NCBI GenBank assembly: GCA_002269645.1
Contig: NIVC01001069.1
Span: forward strand, 124,001-188,000
Origin: Macrostomum lignano
Taxonomy: Eukaryota
Direction: 5' to 3'
DNA length: 64,000 nucleotides
Part shown: positions 21,904 to 36,900 of the stretch, one piece after another
How the letters are laid out: the number at the start of each line of letters is the position of its first letter
Position numbering within the stretch: position 1 is the first letter of the stretch
The notes under the pieces: generated by a model
Database searches by the model: none
Told to the model about the DNA's origin: nothing
The model's input: only the letters and a program-made list of their open reading frames with translations
Position numbers and translations under genes: made by a program

Positions 21904-24900
21904 TCAAGAAGCTGCCTCGCTGCCGCCGCCGCCTCGCTTTGATCGCTTGGTGGGAGGCGCCGGGGACGGAGACCGGGACCCGGACTGCGGCGACATGCCA
22001 CCACCGCCACCGGAAGCTCCGACGGCCACTTCGAACTGGTAGACCTGATCGCAGCCTAGATAAGAGTCGCTCATAAAGTACAGAGTGTACTTGTAGTCGC
22101 CGGGATCCGCCGGGGCGGCGAACTCTAATTTCACTTTGGCTTTCTGCTGCAAACTGGTCCGCTTGATGCTAATGAGCGCGTTAGCGGCCGGGTCGCACAC
22201 CACTAGCCACCAGCCTTCTTCGCGTTTCTGCGGGAAATACGGAGCCGCTACTGGCCCAACGATTTCGTCTTCGCGTTCCAAACTGACGGCCAGTTGAACC
22301 GAGCCGCCGGGCTCAACGCGGTCGGAGTCCACCAGCTCGTAGGCGAGCTCAATGTTTGGGTAGCGATTGCAGTAGCGAGCCACGTCAGCCAGCTGCTCTT
22401 TGGTGAGGTCCGACAGCAGCTCCAGCCGGTCGGCGTCCTCCATCTCCATCAGGTCGAATACAGACTCCACTTTGAGCCCCCTGGGTGAAGGGATGAAGAA
22501 GGCCGCGAAAGGGTTAGTGAGATGCCAGTAGATGCCTCCCGAGGGTGGGGATCCCAGGAAAAAATACTAGAGACTCAGAATTTTTGGTGGAAATCCCAGT
22601 TAAGCCAGGGGAGGCATTTTTTTAAGAAGAAATCCTCGGGAATCCCTGGAACGGGAATTCCCGGATGGAACTCTAGGGGAATCTATGGGCGGAGATCTAG
22701 GGGAATCCCTGTGGCGGAGATCTAGAGGAATCTCTGTGGGGCGGGGATCTAGAGGAATCTCTGTGGGGCGGGGATCTAGAGGAATCTCTGTGGGGCGGGA
22801 TCTAGAGGAATCTCTCTGGGGCGGGGATCTAGAGGAATCTCTCTGGGGCGGGGATCTAGAGGAATCTCTCTGGGGCGGGGATCTAGAGGAAAGGGCGGAA
22901 AGCTAGGGGAATCCCTGGGACGGAGATCTAGGGGAAAGGGCGGAAAGCTAGGGGAATCCCTGGGACGGAGATCTAGGGGAAAGGGCGGAAAGCTAGGGGA
23001 ATCCCTGGGACGGAGATCTAGGGGAAAGGGCGGAAAGCTAGGGGAATCCCTGGGACGGAGATCTAGGGGAAAGGGCGGAAAGCTAGGGGAATCCCTGGGA
23101 CGGAGATCTAGGGGAAAGGGCGGAAAGCTAGGGGAATCCCTGGGACGGAGATCTAGGGGAAAGGGCGGAAAGCTAGGGGAATCCCTGGGACGGAGATCTA
23201 GGGGAAAGGGCGGAAAGCCAGGGGAATCTCTGGGGCGGAGATCTAGGGGAAAGGGCGGAAAGCTAGGGGAATCCCTGGGACGGAGATCTAGGGGAAAGGG
23301 CGGAAAGCTAGGGGAATCCCTGGGACGGAGATCTAGGGGAAAGGGCGGAAAGCTAGGGGAATCCCTGGGACGGAGATCTAGGGGAAAGGGCGGAAAGCTA
23401 GGGAAATCCCTGGGGGGGGGGAGATCTAGGGGAATCTCAGGGACGGAGATCTAGGGGAAAGGGCGGAAAGCTAGGGGAATCCCTGGGACGTAAATCTGTG
23501 GTTGACTTAAAGAAGCATGCCCTGTTTGAGATGATAAGAGCTAGACAAATGCACTTACTTGCACTTGTCAATAAGAGCCTGGTCAAAGTGCGGCAGCTGT
23601 TTCAGTATGCTATCCTTGCTCCAGACGGCTTGAACAGCCATCTGTGACAGTTCCATAGCGGCCAGAGCCGGGGCAAGCCAGCCGCTGGAGCTGACAACAT
23701 CAACAGCGGCTTGAATGAGTCGCATAGCTTTCAACAGTACGTCGGCTGTGTCGGTTTGCAGTTCGGCAGGCAGGGCCAGCCGGCACATGTGAGCCTGCAG
23801 CAGTATCTGGGCTTTCACGTGAGGATCGTTGTACTTGGCGCTCTGCATCTTGTGCGGCAGTCGGGGTACAATTTTGCGCAGTGTGTCCTCTTCGTGGTGC
23901 CTGATTGGCAGGTCTTCGAATTCCGCGGCCGAACTGACAATCTCAATTAGGCTGCGTATTTTAGTTTTCGGAGTTAGGAAACCGCTGAACAGCTCGATAG
24001 TAGTGTAGTGAATGTAGTAGTAAGCGGCGATCATGCCCAGGTTGAGCGGCGTGAGGTCCATGTCCTCAACGATTTTGATGCATTTCGAATTCTCCAAGTC
24101 ATCCAGGGTCTGTTCGACTAGGTCGGAGAGTTTCTCGCTCAGGTGCCGGTGGGTCACGCCCTGGGATTTTGTTTGGGGAGATCATTTTGAAGGAAACTGA
24201 TTATCGATTGGGGAAACTGATTATCGATTGGGGAAACTGATTATTGATTGGGGGAAACTGATTATCGATTGGGGAAACTGATTATCGATTGGGGAAACTG
24301 ATTATCGATTGAGGAAACTGTTTATCGATAGGGGAAACTGATTATCGATTGAGGAAATTGTTTATCGATAGGGGAAACTGATTATCGATTGGGGAAACTG
24401 ATTATTGATTGGGGGAAACTGATTATCGATTGGGGAAACTGATTATCGATTGGAGAAACTGATTATCGATTGGGGAAACTGATTATTGATTGGGGGAAAC
24501 TGATTATCGATTGGGGAAACTGATTATCGATTGAGGAAACTGTTTATCGATAGGGGAAACTGATTATCGATTGAAGAAACTGATTGTCGATTTAGGAAAC
24601 TGTTTATCGATTGGGGAAACTGATTATCGATTGAGGAAACTGTTTATCGATAGGGGAAACTGATTATCGATTGAAGAAACTGATTATCGATTTAGGAAAC
24701 TGTTTATCGATTGGGGAAACTGATTATTGATTGGGGGAAACTGATTATCGATTGAAGAAACTGATTATCGATTTAGGAAACTGTTTATCGATCGTAAGCT
24801 TGTAAACTTTTGTCATTACAAAGCTAACCTGCAGATTGTAGTAATTTGGATTCTGAGTCATCCTGCGGTACAAGAAGGTCCAGGTTAGATAGTCTACAGC

Positions 24901-27900
24901 GTCCTGCTTGTTCTCAACAGTTTTAGTTACAATCTCGGCATTGAAATGGTCGTGCAGGCAGTGATCCAGGTGCGACTCTACTGGCAGCGGATCGAATAGA
25001 AACTTCTTGAAGAACTCTCGCTTGCTGGACTGGCAGAATACGAAGGCCTTGCCGATGGCGTCTTTGTCTGGTTAGGGTCAATCATAGAAGCACTTGTAAC
25101 TATTGAACTCTATGATACTGTATGGTACACGCCAGATATTGACAACTTGACTTCATGACACTCCGGTCTGACATTAAAATAAATTAGTCTAACACCGACG
25201 CTACACCTGACACACTGAGAGCTACACCTGACACAGTGAGAGCTACACCTGACACACTGAAAGCTACAACTGACACACTGAAAGCTACACCTGACACACT
25301 GAAAGCTACACCTGACACACAGAAAGCTGCACCTGACACACAGAAAGCTACACCTGACACACAGAAAGCTGCACCTGACACACTGAAAGCTGCATCTGAC
25401 ACACTGAAAGCTACACCTGACACACTGAAAGCTGCACCTGACACACAGAAAGCTGCACCTGACACACAGAAAGCTACACCTGACACACAGAAAGCTGCAA
25501 GTGACACACTGAAAGCTGCATCTGACACACTGAAAGCTACACCTGACACACTAAAGCTACAACTGACACACTGAAAGCTACACCTGACACACTAAAGCTA
25601 CAACTGACACACTGAAAGCTACACCTGACACACAGAAAGCTACAACTGACACACAGAAAGCTACACCTGACACAGTGAGAGCTACACCTGACACACCGAA
25701 AGCTACACCTGACACACCGAAAGCTACACCTGACACACTGAAAGCTACACCTGACACACTAAAAGCTGCACCTGACACACTGAAAGCTACACCTGACACA
25801 CTGAAAGCTACACCTGACACACTAAAGCTACAACTGACACACTGAAAGCTACACCTGACACACAGAAAGCTACAACTGACACACAGAAAGCTACACCTGA
25901 CACAGTGAGAGCTACACCTGACACACCGAAAGCTACACCTGACACACCGAAAGCTACACCTGACACACTGAAAGCTACACCTGACACACTAAAAGCTGCA
26001 CCTGACACACTGAAAGCTACACCTGACACACTAAAAGCTGCACCTGACACACTGAAAGCTACACCTGACACACTGAAAGCTACACCTGACACACCGAAAG
26101 CTACACCTGACACACTGAAAGCTACACCTGACACACTGAAAGCTACACCTGACACACCGAAAGCTACACCTGACACACTGAAAGCTACAACTGACACACT
26201 GAAAGCCACACCACCCTGACACATTAAAAGCAACAACTTTGACACACTGAAAGCTGCATCTGACACACTAAAAGCTACACCTGACACATTCAAAGCTGTT
26301 GCATATGATCCCTAAAGTACAAAGGACACTCACTAGGATGGTTGGCCCTGGACACCATCTGGATAACATCCGTCACCGGATAGTCCTCGTACGAGTGCGT
26401 CTTGCCATTATAGCTCTGCGTGTCCATGAGGATCACCAGCCTCGCGCGGACTCCGATGCTCCAAGCCAGCGACTTGGCCACAACCAGCACCCTGGCGGCG
26501 CCGTCGCGAAACAGACGTTCGACAATGCGCCGATCCGACGGCGAGAGGCCCTCGTGCAGGAAGGCGACGCCGTTGGGGACGCAGACGGACAGAGCCGGCT
26601 CTGAGTCGGCCAGACGCTTGGCGGCGTCGGCGGCGGCCGCGGCGGCAGCGGAGCCGGGCTTCGGCACAAAAGCGTCGACCTGATCGCTGCTGGCGCTCTC
26701 CGAGTGCGCGTGGGTGAACAGATCGACGGCTACGGACTGGGCGAGGCGGCGGGACGGCACGAACACGATGGCGGACTGCTTGGACCGGATGACGGTGGTG
26801 TACAGCGGCCGGAGCATGGCCAGCAGGCGGGTGGCATTGTGAGTCACGTTGAAGCCTTGAATAGCCAGCTGAAGCGGCTGCACGCTCGGATGGAAATTGA
26901 AGGTGTTGCCGGCGTTGACGCCGAGCCAGCTAGCCGCGTCTTTGGCGTTGCTTAGCGAATGCGACAGGGCCACTATGCGGATGCTGTGCTCGATCTGGCT
27001 GCTGATGTAGCGCATGCGGGAGCAGATCACCTCCAGTACGGGGCCGACTTCGCTGCGAATGAGCTGCAATCCGTCAACAATAAATAGTTGAACAGATTGT
27101 ACATTCTTGCGCTGTTTCCAACGCCGCGACAGGATGTCCCAGTGCTCCGGCGTGCTGATCACAACGTGGCCTTTGGCTAGCAGCTTCAAATCCGTGGCAG
27201 TTTCGCCGGTCAGTCGGACTACATTTTTTCCCAGGCGTTCGCCAAATTTTGCCGCCAAATTAGCGTGCGCCAGTTCGGCCAGCTCTTGCCTGCGCGGGGT
27301 GGAATGGGGGAATTATAGCTTATATTTTAGATTACTGTCCCTTTCAGCTACTGTAAGTAGCACAGTGCTATCTAAATAGACAGCATTTGTTAGAAATTGA
27401 AGGGCGATTCTCAAGGACGTCAGAGGGCGATTCTTGAGGATATCAGAGGACGATTATTGAGGATATCAGAGGGCGATTCTTGAGGATATCAGAGGACGAT
27501 TATTGAGGATATCAGAGGACGATTCTTGCGGATATCAGAGGGCGATTCTTGAGGATATCAGAGGACGATTATTGAGGATATCAGAGGGCGATTAGTGAGG
27601 ATATCAGAGGGCGATTATTGAGGATATCAGAGGGCGATTCTTGAGGATATCAGAGGACGATTATTGAGGATATCAGAGGACGATTCTTGCGGATATCAGA
27701 GGGCGATTCTTGAGGATATCAGAGGACGATTATTGAGGATATCAGATGGCGATTAGTGAGGATATCAGAGGGCGATTATTGAGGATATCAGAGGGCGATT
27801 AGTGAGGATATCAGAGGGCGATTATTGAGGATATCAGAGGGCGATTCTTGAGGATATCAGAGGGCGATTCTTGAGGATATCAGAGGGCGATTCTTGAGGA

Positions 27901-30900
27901 TATCAGAGGGCGATTCTTGAGGATATCAGAGGGCGATTCTTGAGGATATCAGAGGGCGATTCTTGAGGATATCAGAGGGCGATTCTTGAGGATATCAGAG
28001 GGCGATTCTTGAGGATATCAGAGGGCGATTCTTGAGGATATCAGAGGGCGATTCTTGAGGATATCAGAGGGCGATTCTTGAGGATATCAGAGGGCGATTC
28101 TTGAGGATATCAGAGGGCGATTCTTGAGGATATCAGAGGGCGATTCTTGAGGATATCAGAGGGCGATTCTTGAGGATATCAGAGGGCGATTCTTGAGGAT
28201 ATCAGAGGGCGATTCTTGAGGATATCAGAGGACGATTCTTGAGGATATCAGAGGGCGATTCTTGAGGATATCAGAGGGCGATTCTTGAGGATATCAGAGG
28301 GCGATTATTGAGGATATCAGAGGGCGATTCTTGAGGATATTGAAGGGCGATTTTTAAGGATATTGAAGGGGGATTCTGAAGGACATCACAGGGTAGAGGG
28401 CAACTCTCATTTAGTTACCTAGCAACCACGTAGACGCAGCGGCCGTTAGGGTTAGCGGCGAACAGGTGCAGCAGGGCGAACTCGGCGCAGACAGACTTGC
28501 CGCTGCCTGGCGGGGCCGCAACCAGCACGTTCTCGTCGAAGTTATACAACGAGTTGAACACCTGGGTCTGGATTGCGTTGAAGAACGAGATGCCAGCGTA
28601 GAGGGCCTCGTACCTTGACGGTGGCAGTTGGGTTAGTTTGAATTGCTTTGCTTGAAAAATAAAAGAAAATACATAGGCTCGTATTCTGCTACAACAGCAC
28701 TGCTGCCGGCATATAGTAGAGTAGAATGGACACAAAAGTTTACTGGAATACATTACGACTTCTGCTTCATAAATGTGTTGCATAAAAGCAGAAGCAGACT
28801 TTAGAAAAAAGAGAAATAAACAAAATGACAGAATGGGACAGTAAATAAGGAAATAAAAAGGTCAAGACAGAAGAGTGTAGAGGAGATGAGAGAGAGAAAA
28901 GGATCGGAGAGGGGAAGAGAGGATATGAGAGGGAGGGGAGATGAGAGAGAGGAGAGGAGAGGGGAAGAGGGGATATGAGATGGAGGGGAGAGAGGAGAGG
29001 AGAGGAGAGAAGGGGAGAAGAGAAGAGAGAGAGAAGGGGAGATGAGAGGAGAGAGGAGAGAGAGAAGAGAAGGGGACGAGAGAAGAGAGAGAAGGGGAGA
29101 TGAGAGGAGAGAAGAGAGGAGAGGAGAGAAGGGGAGAAGAGAAGAGAGAGAAGGGGAGATGAGAGGAGAGGAGAGAGGAGAAAAGGGAGGAGAGAAGAGG
29201 GAGAAGGGGAGATGAGAGGAGAGGAGAGAGGAGAGAAGAGAAGGGGAGGAGAGAAGAGAGAGAAGGGGAGATGAGAGGAGAGGAGAGAAGAGAGAGAGAA
29301 GGGGAGATAAGAGGAGAGAAGAAGTGAACAGAGAGCAGTCAAGTACCAATACAGGAAAGCAGATACCAGAGTGAACAGAGAGTACTAAACCATGAGACTA
29401 GAGCAACAGAGCGCAGCACACTTAGCAGCCAAACCAACACCCCAACACTCACTGAGGATTTCGCAGGGCATTAACGGGCAGCGGCTGCAAATCCAGCAGT
29501 TCAGTAGGCGGCGGGTTCTTCTCCGGCAGGATCATGTGCCGGAATGACACGGGCAGGACGGTCTCCGAGCCCAGCCAGCGGTCAGACACGGCCCGAATAA
29601 AGTACATCGGAGCTAGAGGCTCGTACACAGGCACGTAGAACTTCAACACGTGCTCGTCCTCGGAGAACTTTCTTTTAAGCATGAAATACTCGTGATGCAA
29701 GATGATCTCGGAGTCCACATCCTCGACAAAGATCCAGAAGGCTTGCGATTCGCCGTGCAGGTTGGCGTCCCACTGGAAGTCCGGGGTGATGCACAGCTCG
29801 GCTCGCAGGGAGGACCTGGAGATCGGCTGGATGACAACTCGCAGATCCAGTCGCGGGATCTGATGCAAGCATTTGTGCAGCGATTTTCCCATTGTGGGCT
29901 TGCGAATCAGTTCGCCAAGTTCGTGCACGCTCAGGTCGAAGTAGCGCTCGAATGCGATGTTCTTCTTTTCGAGCTTGCGAATCACCTAGTGAAAAAAGGG
30001 GGGGGTGTGATAATTGACAATTCAGTGAGGACTTTAATGGAATCTGAGCTGACCTCATTTGGGATCTGAGCTGACCTCATTTGGGATCTGAGCTGACCTC
30101 ATTTGGGATCTGAGCTGACCTCATTTGGGATCTGAGCTGACATCATTTGGGATCTGAGCTGACAACATTTGGGATCTGAGCTGACCTCATTTGAGATCTG
30201 AGCTGACCTCATTTGGGATCTGAGCTGACCTCATTTGGGATCTGAGCTGACCTCATTTGGGATCTGAGCTGACAACATTTGGGATCTGAGCTGACCTCAT
30301 TTGAGATCTGAGCTGACCTCATTTGGGATCTGAGCTGACCTCATTTGGGATCTGAGCTGACCTCATTTGGGATCTGAGCTGACCTCATTTGGGATCTGAG
30401 CTGACCTCATTTGGGATCTGAGCTGACCTCATTTGAGATCTGAGCTGACCTCATTTGGGATCTGAGCTGACCTCATTTAAGATCTGAGCTGACCTCAGTT
30501 GGGATCTGAGCTGACCTCATTTGGGATCTGAGCTGACATCATTTGGGATCTGAGCTGACATCATTTGGGATCTGAGCTGATATCATTTGGGATCTGAGCT
30601 GACATCATTTGGGATCTGAGCTGACATCATTTGGGATCTGAGCTGACATCATTTGGGATCTGAGCTGATATCATTTGGGATCTGAGCTGACATCATTTGG
30701 GATCTGAGCTGATATCATTTGGGATCTGAGCTGACATCATTTGGGATCTGAGCTGACATCATTTGGGATCTGAGCTGACATCATTTGGGATCTGAGCTGA
30801 CATCATTTGGGAGCTGACATCATTTGGGATCTAAGCTGACATCATTAATAATAGAAAGTGACATCATAAAAGATTACCAAAAGTAGCCAAAAAGCAACTT

Positions 30901-33900
30901 ACATCCTCGGGAATCTTCTTGAACTGCCTCAGCGGAGACATTGACTGCCACATTCGTTGGGCAATCATTTTGCTAAGCGTCAGCGCCTTCTCGGTTAGCT
31001 GGGCCCAGCCCTTGTGCAGGGCGATCTCGAACAGGGCTCTGACCAGCCTAGCAGCCGACTGAGTGACGTAAACCATATCGCTAGCCAATGAGAACCCGTC
31101 CAGTTTCAACTGGGATATGTAGGCCTGCAGTAGGCAGTTGATCTTGGCGGAGGACTCCTCGATGCCCTCCTTGATTGGCACCGGTACACGTTCCAGCAGT
31201 TTGATCATCTCAACTTTCTCTTCCTCCCGTACAGCAATGTACCTGGATGTTAGCGTTGGGTTGGGTGCATTCTGCTTGCCGGGTTCAGGGCTAGTGGGGA
31301 ATTATTCGGATTGGAATTCGGGCTTGTGGGGAATTATTCGGGTTGGGATCAGGTCTGGTGGGGAATTATTCGGGTTGGGATCAGGTCTGGTGGGGAATTA
31401 TTCGGGTTGGGATCAGGTCTGGTGGGGAATTGTTCGGGTTGGGATCAGGTTTGGTGGGGAATTGTTCGGGTTGGGATCAGGTCTGGTGGGGAATTGTTCG
31501 GGTTGGGATCAGGTCTGGTGGGGAATTGTTCGGGTTGGGATCAGGTCTGGTGGGGAATTATTCGGGTTGGGATCAGGTCTGGTGGGGAATTGTTCGGGTT
31601 GGGATCAGGTCTGGTGGGGAATTATTCGGGTTGGGATTAGGTCTGGTGGGGAATTATTCGGGTTGGGATCAGGTCTGGTGGGGAATTGTTCGGGTTGGGA
31701 TCAGGTCTGGTGGGGAATTATTCGGGTTGGGATCAGGTCTGGTGGGGAATTATTCGGGTTGGGATCAGGTCTGGTGGGGAATTGTTCGGGTTGGGATCAG
31801 GTCTGGTGGGGAATTATTCGGGTTGGGATCAGGTCTGGTGGGGAATTGTTCGGGTTGGGATCAGGTTTGGTGGGGAATTGTTCGGGTTGGGATCAGGTCT
31901 GGTGGGGAATTGTTCGGGTTGGGATTAGGTCTAGTGGGGAATTGTTCGGGTTGGGATCAGGTCTGGTGGGGAATTGTTCGGGTTGGGATTAGGTCTGGTG
32001 GGGAATTGTTCGGGTTGGGATCAGGTCTGGTGGGGAATTATTCGGGTTGGGATCAGGTCTGGTGGGGAATTATTCGGGTTGGGATCAGGTCTGGTGGGGA
32101 ATTGTTCGGGTTGGGATCAGGTCTGGTGGGGAATTGTTCGGGTTGGGATTCTGGTGTTGGGATTAGGTCTGGTGGGGAATTATTCGGGTTGGGATCAGGT
32201 CTGGTGGGGAATTGTTCGGGTTGGGATTAGGTCTGGTGGGGAATTGTTCGGGTTGGGATCAGGTCTGGTGGGGAATTATTCGGGTTGGGATTAGGTCTGG
32301 TGGGGAATTGTTCGGGTTGGGATCAGGTCTGGTGGGGAATTATTCGGGTTGGGATCAGGTCTGGTGGGGAATTGTTCGGGTTGGGATCAGGTCTGGTGGG
32401 GAATTATTCGGGTTGGGATTAGGTCTGGTGGGGAATTATTCGGGTTGGGATCAGGTCTGGTGGGGAATTGTTCGGGTTGGGATTAGGTCTGGTGGGGAAT
32501 TGTTCGGGTTGGGATCAGGTCTGGTGGGGAATTATTCGGGTTGGGATTAGGTCTGGTGGGGAATTATTCGGGTTGGGATCAGGTCTGGTGGGGAATTATT
32601 CGGGTTGGGATCAGGTCTGGTGGGGAATTGTTCGGGTTGGGATTAGGTCTAGTGGGGAATTATTCGGGTTGGGATCAGGTCTGGTGGGGAATTATTCGGG
32701 TTGGGATCAGGTCTGGTGGGGAATTGTTCGGGTTGGGATCAGGTCTGGTGGGGAATTATTCGGGTTGGGATCAGGTCTGGTGGGGAATTGTTCGGGTTGG
32801 GATCAGGTTTGGTGGGGAATTGTTCGGGTTGGGATCAGGTCTGGTGGGGAATTGTTCGGGTTGGGATTAGGTCTGGTGGGGAATTGTTCGGGTTGGGATC
32901 AGGTCTGGTGGGGAATTATTCGGGTTGGGATTAGGTCTGGTGGGGAATTGTTCGGGTTGGGATCAGGTCTGGTGGGGAATTATTCGGGTTGGGATCAGGT
33001 CTGGTGGGAATTGTTCGGGTTGGGATCAGGTCTGGTGGGGATCAGGTCTGTTCGGGTTGGGATCAGGTCTGGTGGGGAATTATTCGGTTGGGATTAGGTC
33101 TGGTGGGAATTATTCGGGTTGGGATCAGGTCTGGTGGGGAATTGTTCGGGTTGGGATTAGGTCTGGTGGGGAATTGTTCGGGTTGGGATCAGGTCTGGTG
33201 GGGAATTATTCGGGTTGGGATTAGGTCTGGTGGGGAATTGTTCGGGTTGGGATTAGGGTTGGGATCAGGTCTGGTGGGGAATTGTTCGGGTTGGGATCAG
33301 GTCTGGTGGGGAATTATTCGGGGGATTGGGAATTAGGTCTGGTGGGGAATTGTTCGGGTTGGGATTAGGTCTGGTGTTGGGATCAGGTCTGGTGGGGAAT
33401 TATTCGGGTTGGGATCAGGGTCAGGTGGTGGGGAATTGTTCGGGTTGGGATTAGGTCTAGTGGGGTTGGGATCAGGGCTAGGTGAAAATTACTTACAGGA
33501 GCAAGGGGAATTACTCAGTTTGGTTTGTGGCAATTGGGAAATTTCTCACTCAAGGACTGTTATGGGGAACTAAATTTAACGTGATAGGGGAACTACAAAT
33601 CAAAGGAAATCAGACACACTCACTTGAACTCTGAGCTAAGCGAGAACACGCGGAACAGTTCAATCTCGCTGAGAGTCTTCTTCATCAACTGATTGTAGGT
33701 GTGCATAGACTCGTGAGTGCAATAATAATGCGACGCGATCCGGCCCAGCTCGGTGCTCTGCAACAGACCGGATCTCCGATCGTACCTGGCCAAACCGCTG
33801 CGCTCCAGACACATGGCGGCCGTGTGAGACAGATCTCGCAGTCGCTGATCCAAGCTCTCGTCTTGTCCGACTCCGTACAGAGCGGGATTCTCGGCCATTC

Positions 33901-36900
33901 GAACGTACAAATAAGTGTAGGTTAACCACTGCACAGCGTCGGCAATGCTGCTCACACTGCCGAGTACAATTTCGGCATTGAGATTGTCGGCTAGACGGGA
34001 GATCATGTGACTCTCAATTGGCAGCTGCTGGTTCATGAGGGACAGATAGTACTGCAGCTCGCTGTGATTGGTGATAAGGACGCCAACGCCAAGGGTGTCG
34101 TATTGGATTCGGCCGGCTCGGCCAAGCATTTGCATGATATCTAGCGGGCTGAGCTCCGTCCAGCGGCCCTTTTCAGGACTGTAGATTTGAGTGCCTTTGA
34201 TGATTACTGTGTGGGCCGGCAGGTTGACGCCCCAGGCTAAGGTGGCGGTGGACACCAGCACCTGTAGGTTCGAGGGAGCAAAGATAATGGAAAATCCATG
34301 GAAATTCCGTGGGAAATGTACATAAGTAAGTCAATAAACGGTTGGAAAATCCATGGAAATTCCGTAGGAAATGTCCATAAGCAAGTCAATAAACAGATGG
34401 GAAATCCATGGAAATTCTGTGGGCAATGTACATAAGTAAATTAATAAACAAATGGGAAATCCATTGGAAATTCCGTGGAAATTCTATGGAAACTCGCGTG
34501 CAATGTGCATAAGAATCCACACAATATATGTACATACATTAGAAAAGTTCTTAGGCATACCTGAATGTGCCGATCGGCGAACAAGTCTTCAACCAGGGTC
34601 CGATCTACTCGAGTCATGCCAGCGTGGTGAATAGCGAATCCATAGGGTAGCAGGTCTTTCAGTTCGAGATTTTTCACCTCCGCAGCTTCTGTACGCAGCA
34701 CCTCAGTGGACAGGGAGCCGGCCTTCAGGAACAGGCCCAGAGTGTCCTTCTCCAAGCAGAGGTCGCGCACGGCTCGAGCAGTTTTGCCAGTCTCCTTGCG
34801 GCTGTGAACAAAGACTAGCACTTGGTTCTTGCCGGCGTGCTCGATCACTTTGTCGTACACAACCTGTCAAATTTTTCTAATCAGATTAGTTTTGGGATAT
34901 TTTTGACAACATTTTAATAGAGATGCACGTCAGACATTATTAGGATAGTTTAAGCCACGCATCCTCAGATCCCTATCATAGGATATTTCAAGCTACGCAT
35001 CCCCAGATCCCATTCTGGGATATTTCAAGCTACGCATCCCCAGATCCTTATCATAGGATATTTCAAGCTACGCATCCCCAGTTCCCATTCTGGGATATTT
35101 CAAGCTACGCATCCCCAGATCCCTATCATGAGATGTATCAAGCTACGCATCCCCAAATCCCTATCATTGGATATTTCAAGCTACGCATCCCCAGATCTCA
35201 TTTAGGGATATTTCAAGCTACGCATCGCCAGATCCCCTATCATGGGATATTTCAAGCTACGCATCCCCAGATCCCATTCTGGGATATTTCAAGCTACGCA
35301 TCCCCAGATCCTTATCATAGGATATTTCAAGCTACGCATCCCCAGTTCCCATTCTGGGATATTTCAAGCTACGCATCGCCAGATCCCCTATCATGGGATA
35401 TATCAAGCTACGCATCCCCAGATCCCATTCTGGGATATTTCAAGCTACGCATTCCCAGATCTCATTCCGGGATATTTCAAGCTACGCATTCCCAGATCCT
35501 TATCATGGGATATTTCAAGCTACGCATCCCCAGATCTCATTGTGAGATATTTCAAGCTACGCATTCCCAGATCCCATTCTGGGATATTTCAAGCTACGCA
35601 TCCCCAGATTCCTATCATGGGATATTTCAAGCTACGCATCCCCAGATCCTTATCATGGGATATTTCAAGCTACGCATCGCCAGATCCCCTATCATGGGAT
35701 ATATCAAGCTACGCATCCCCAGATCTCATTGTGAGATATTTCAAGCTACGCATTCCCAGATCCCATTCTGGGATATTTCAAGCTACGCATCTCCAGATCC
35801 CTATAATGGGATATTTCAAGCTACGCATCCCCAGATCCTTATCATGGGATATTTCAAGCTACGCATCCCCAGATCCCTATCATGGGATATTTCAAGCTAC
35901 GCATCCCCAGATCCCTATCATTGGATATTTCAAGCTACGCATCCTCAGATCTCATTCCGGGATACTTTAGGTGACGCATCGCCAGATCCCATTTTGGGAT
36001 ATTTCAAGCTACTCATCCCCAGATCCCTATCATGGGATATTTCAAGCTACGCATCCCCAGGTCCTTATCATGGGATATTTCAAGCTACGCATTCTTAAAT
36101 CCCATTTTGGGATATTTTAGGCTACGCATTTCCCGATCCTATTTTGGGATATTTCAAGCTACGCATCCCCAGATCCCATTTTGGGATATTTCAAGCTACG
36201 CATCCCCAGATTTTATTCCAGGATATTTTAAGCTACGCATCCCCAGATCCTTATTATGGGATATTTCAAGCTACGCATCCCCGGATCCCATTTGGGATAT
36301 TTCTAGCTACGCATCCCCAGGTCCTTATTATGGGATATTTCAAGCTACGCATTCTTAAATCCCATTTTGGGATATTTTAGGCTACGCATTTCCCGATCCT
36401 ATTTTGGGATATTTCAAGCTACGCATCCCCAGATCCCATTTTGGGATATTTCAAGCTACGCATCCCCAGATTTCATTCCGGGATATTTCTAGCTACGCAT
36501 TCCCAGATCCTTATCATGGGATATTTCAAGCTACGCATCCCCAGATCCTTATCATGGGATATTTCAAGCTACGCATCCCCAGATCCCCTATCATGGGATA
36601 TTTCAAGCTACGCATCCCCAGATCCCATTCTGGATATTTCAAGCTACGCATCCCCAGATCCTTATCATAGGATATTTCAAGCTACGCATCCCCAGATCCC
36701 TATCATGGGATATTTCAAGCTACGCATCCCCAGATCCCTATCATTGGATATTTCAAGCTACGCATCCTCAGATCTCATTCCGGGATACTTTAGGTGACGC
36801 ATCGCCAGATCCCATTTTGGGATATTTCAAGCTACTCATCCCCAGATCCCTATCATGGGATATTTCAAGCTACGCATCCCCAGGTCCTTATCATGGGATA

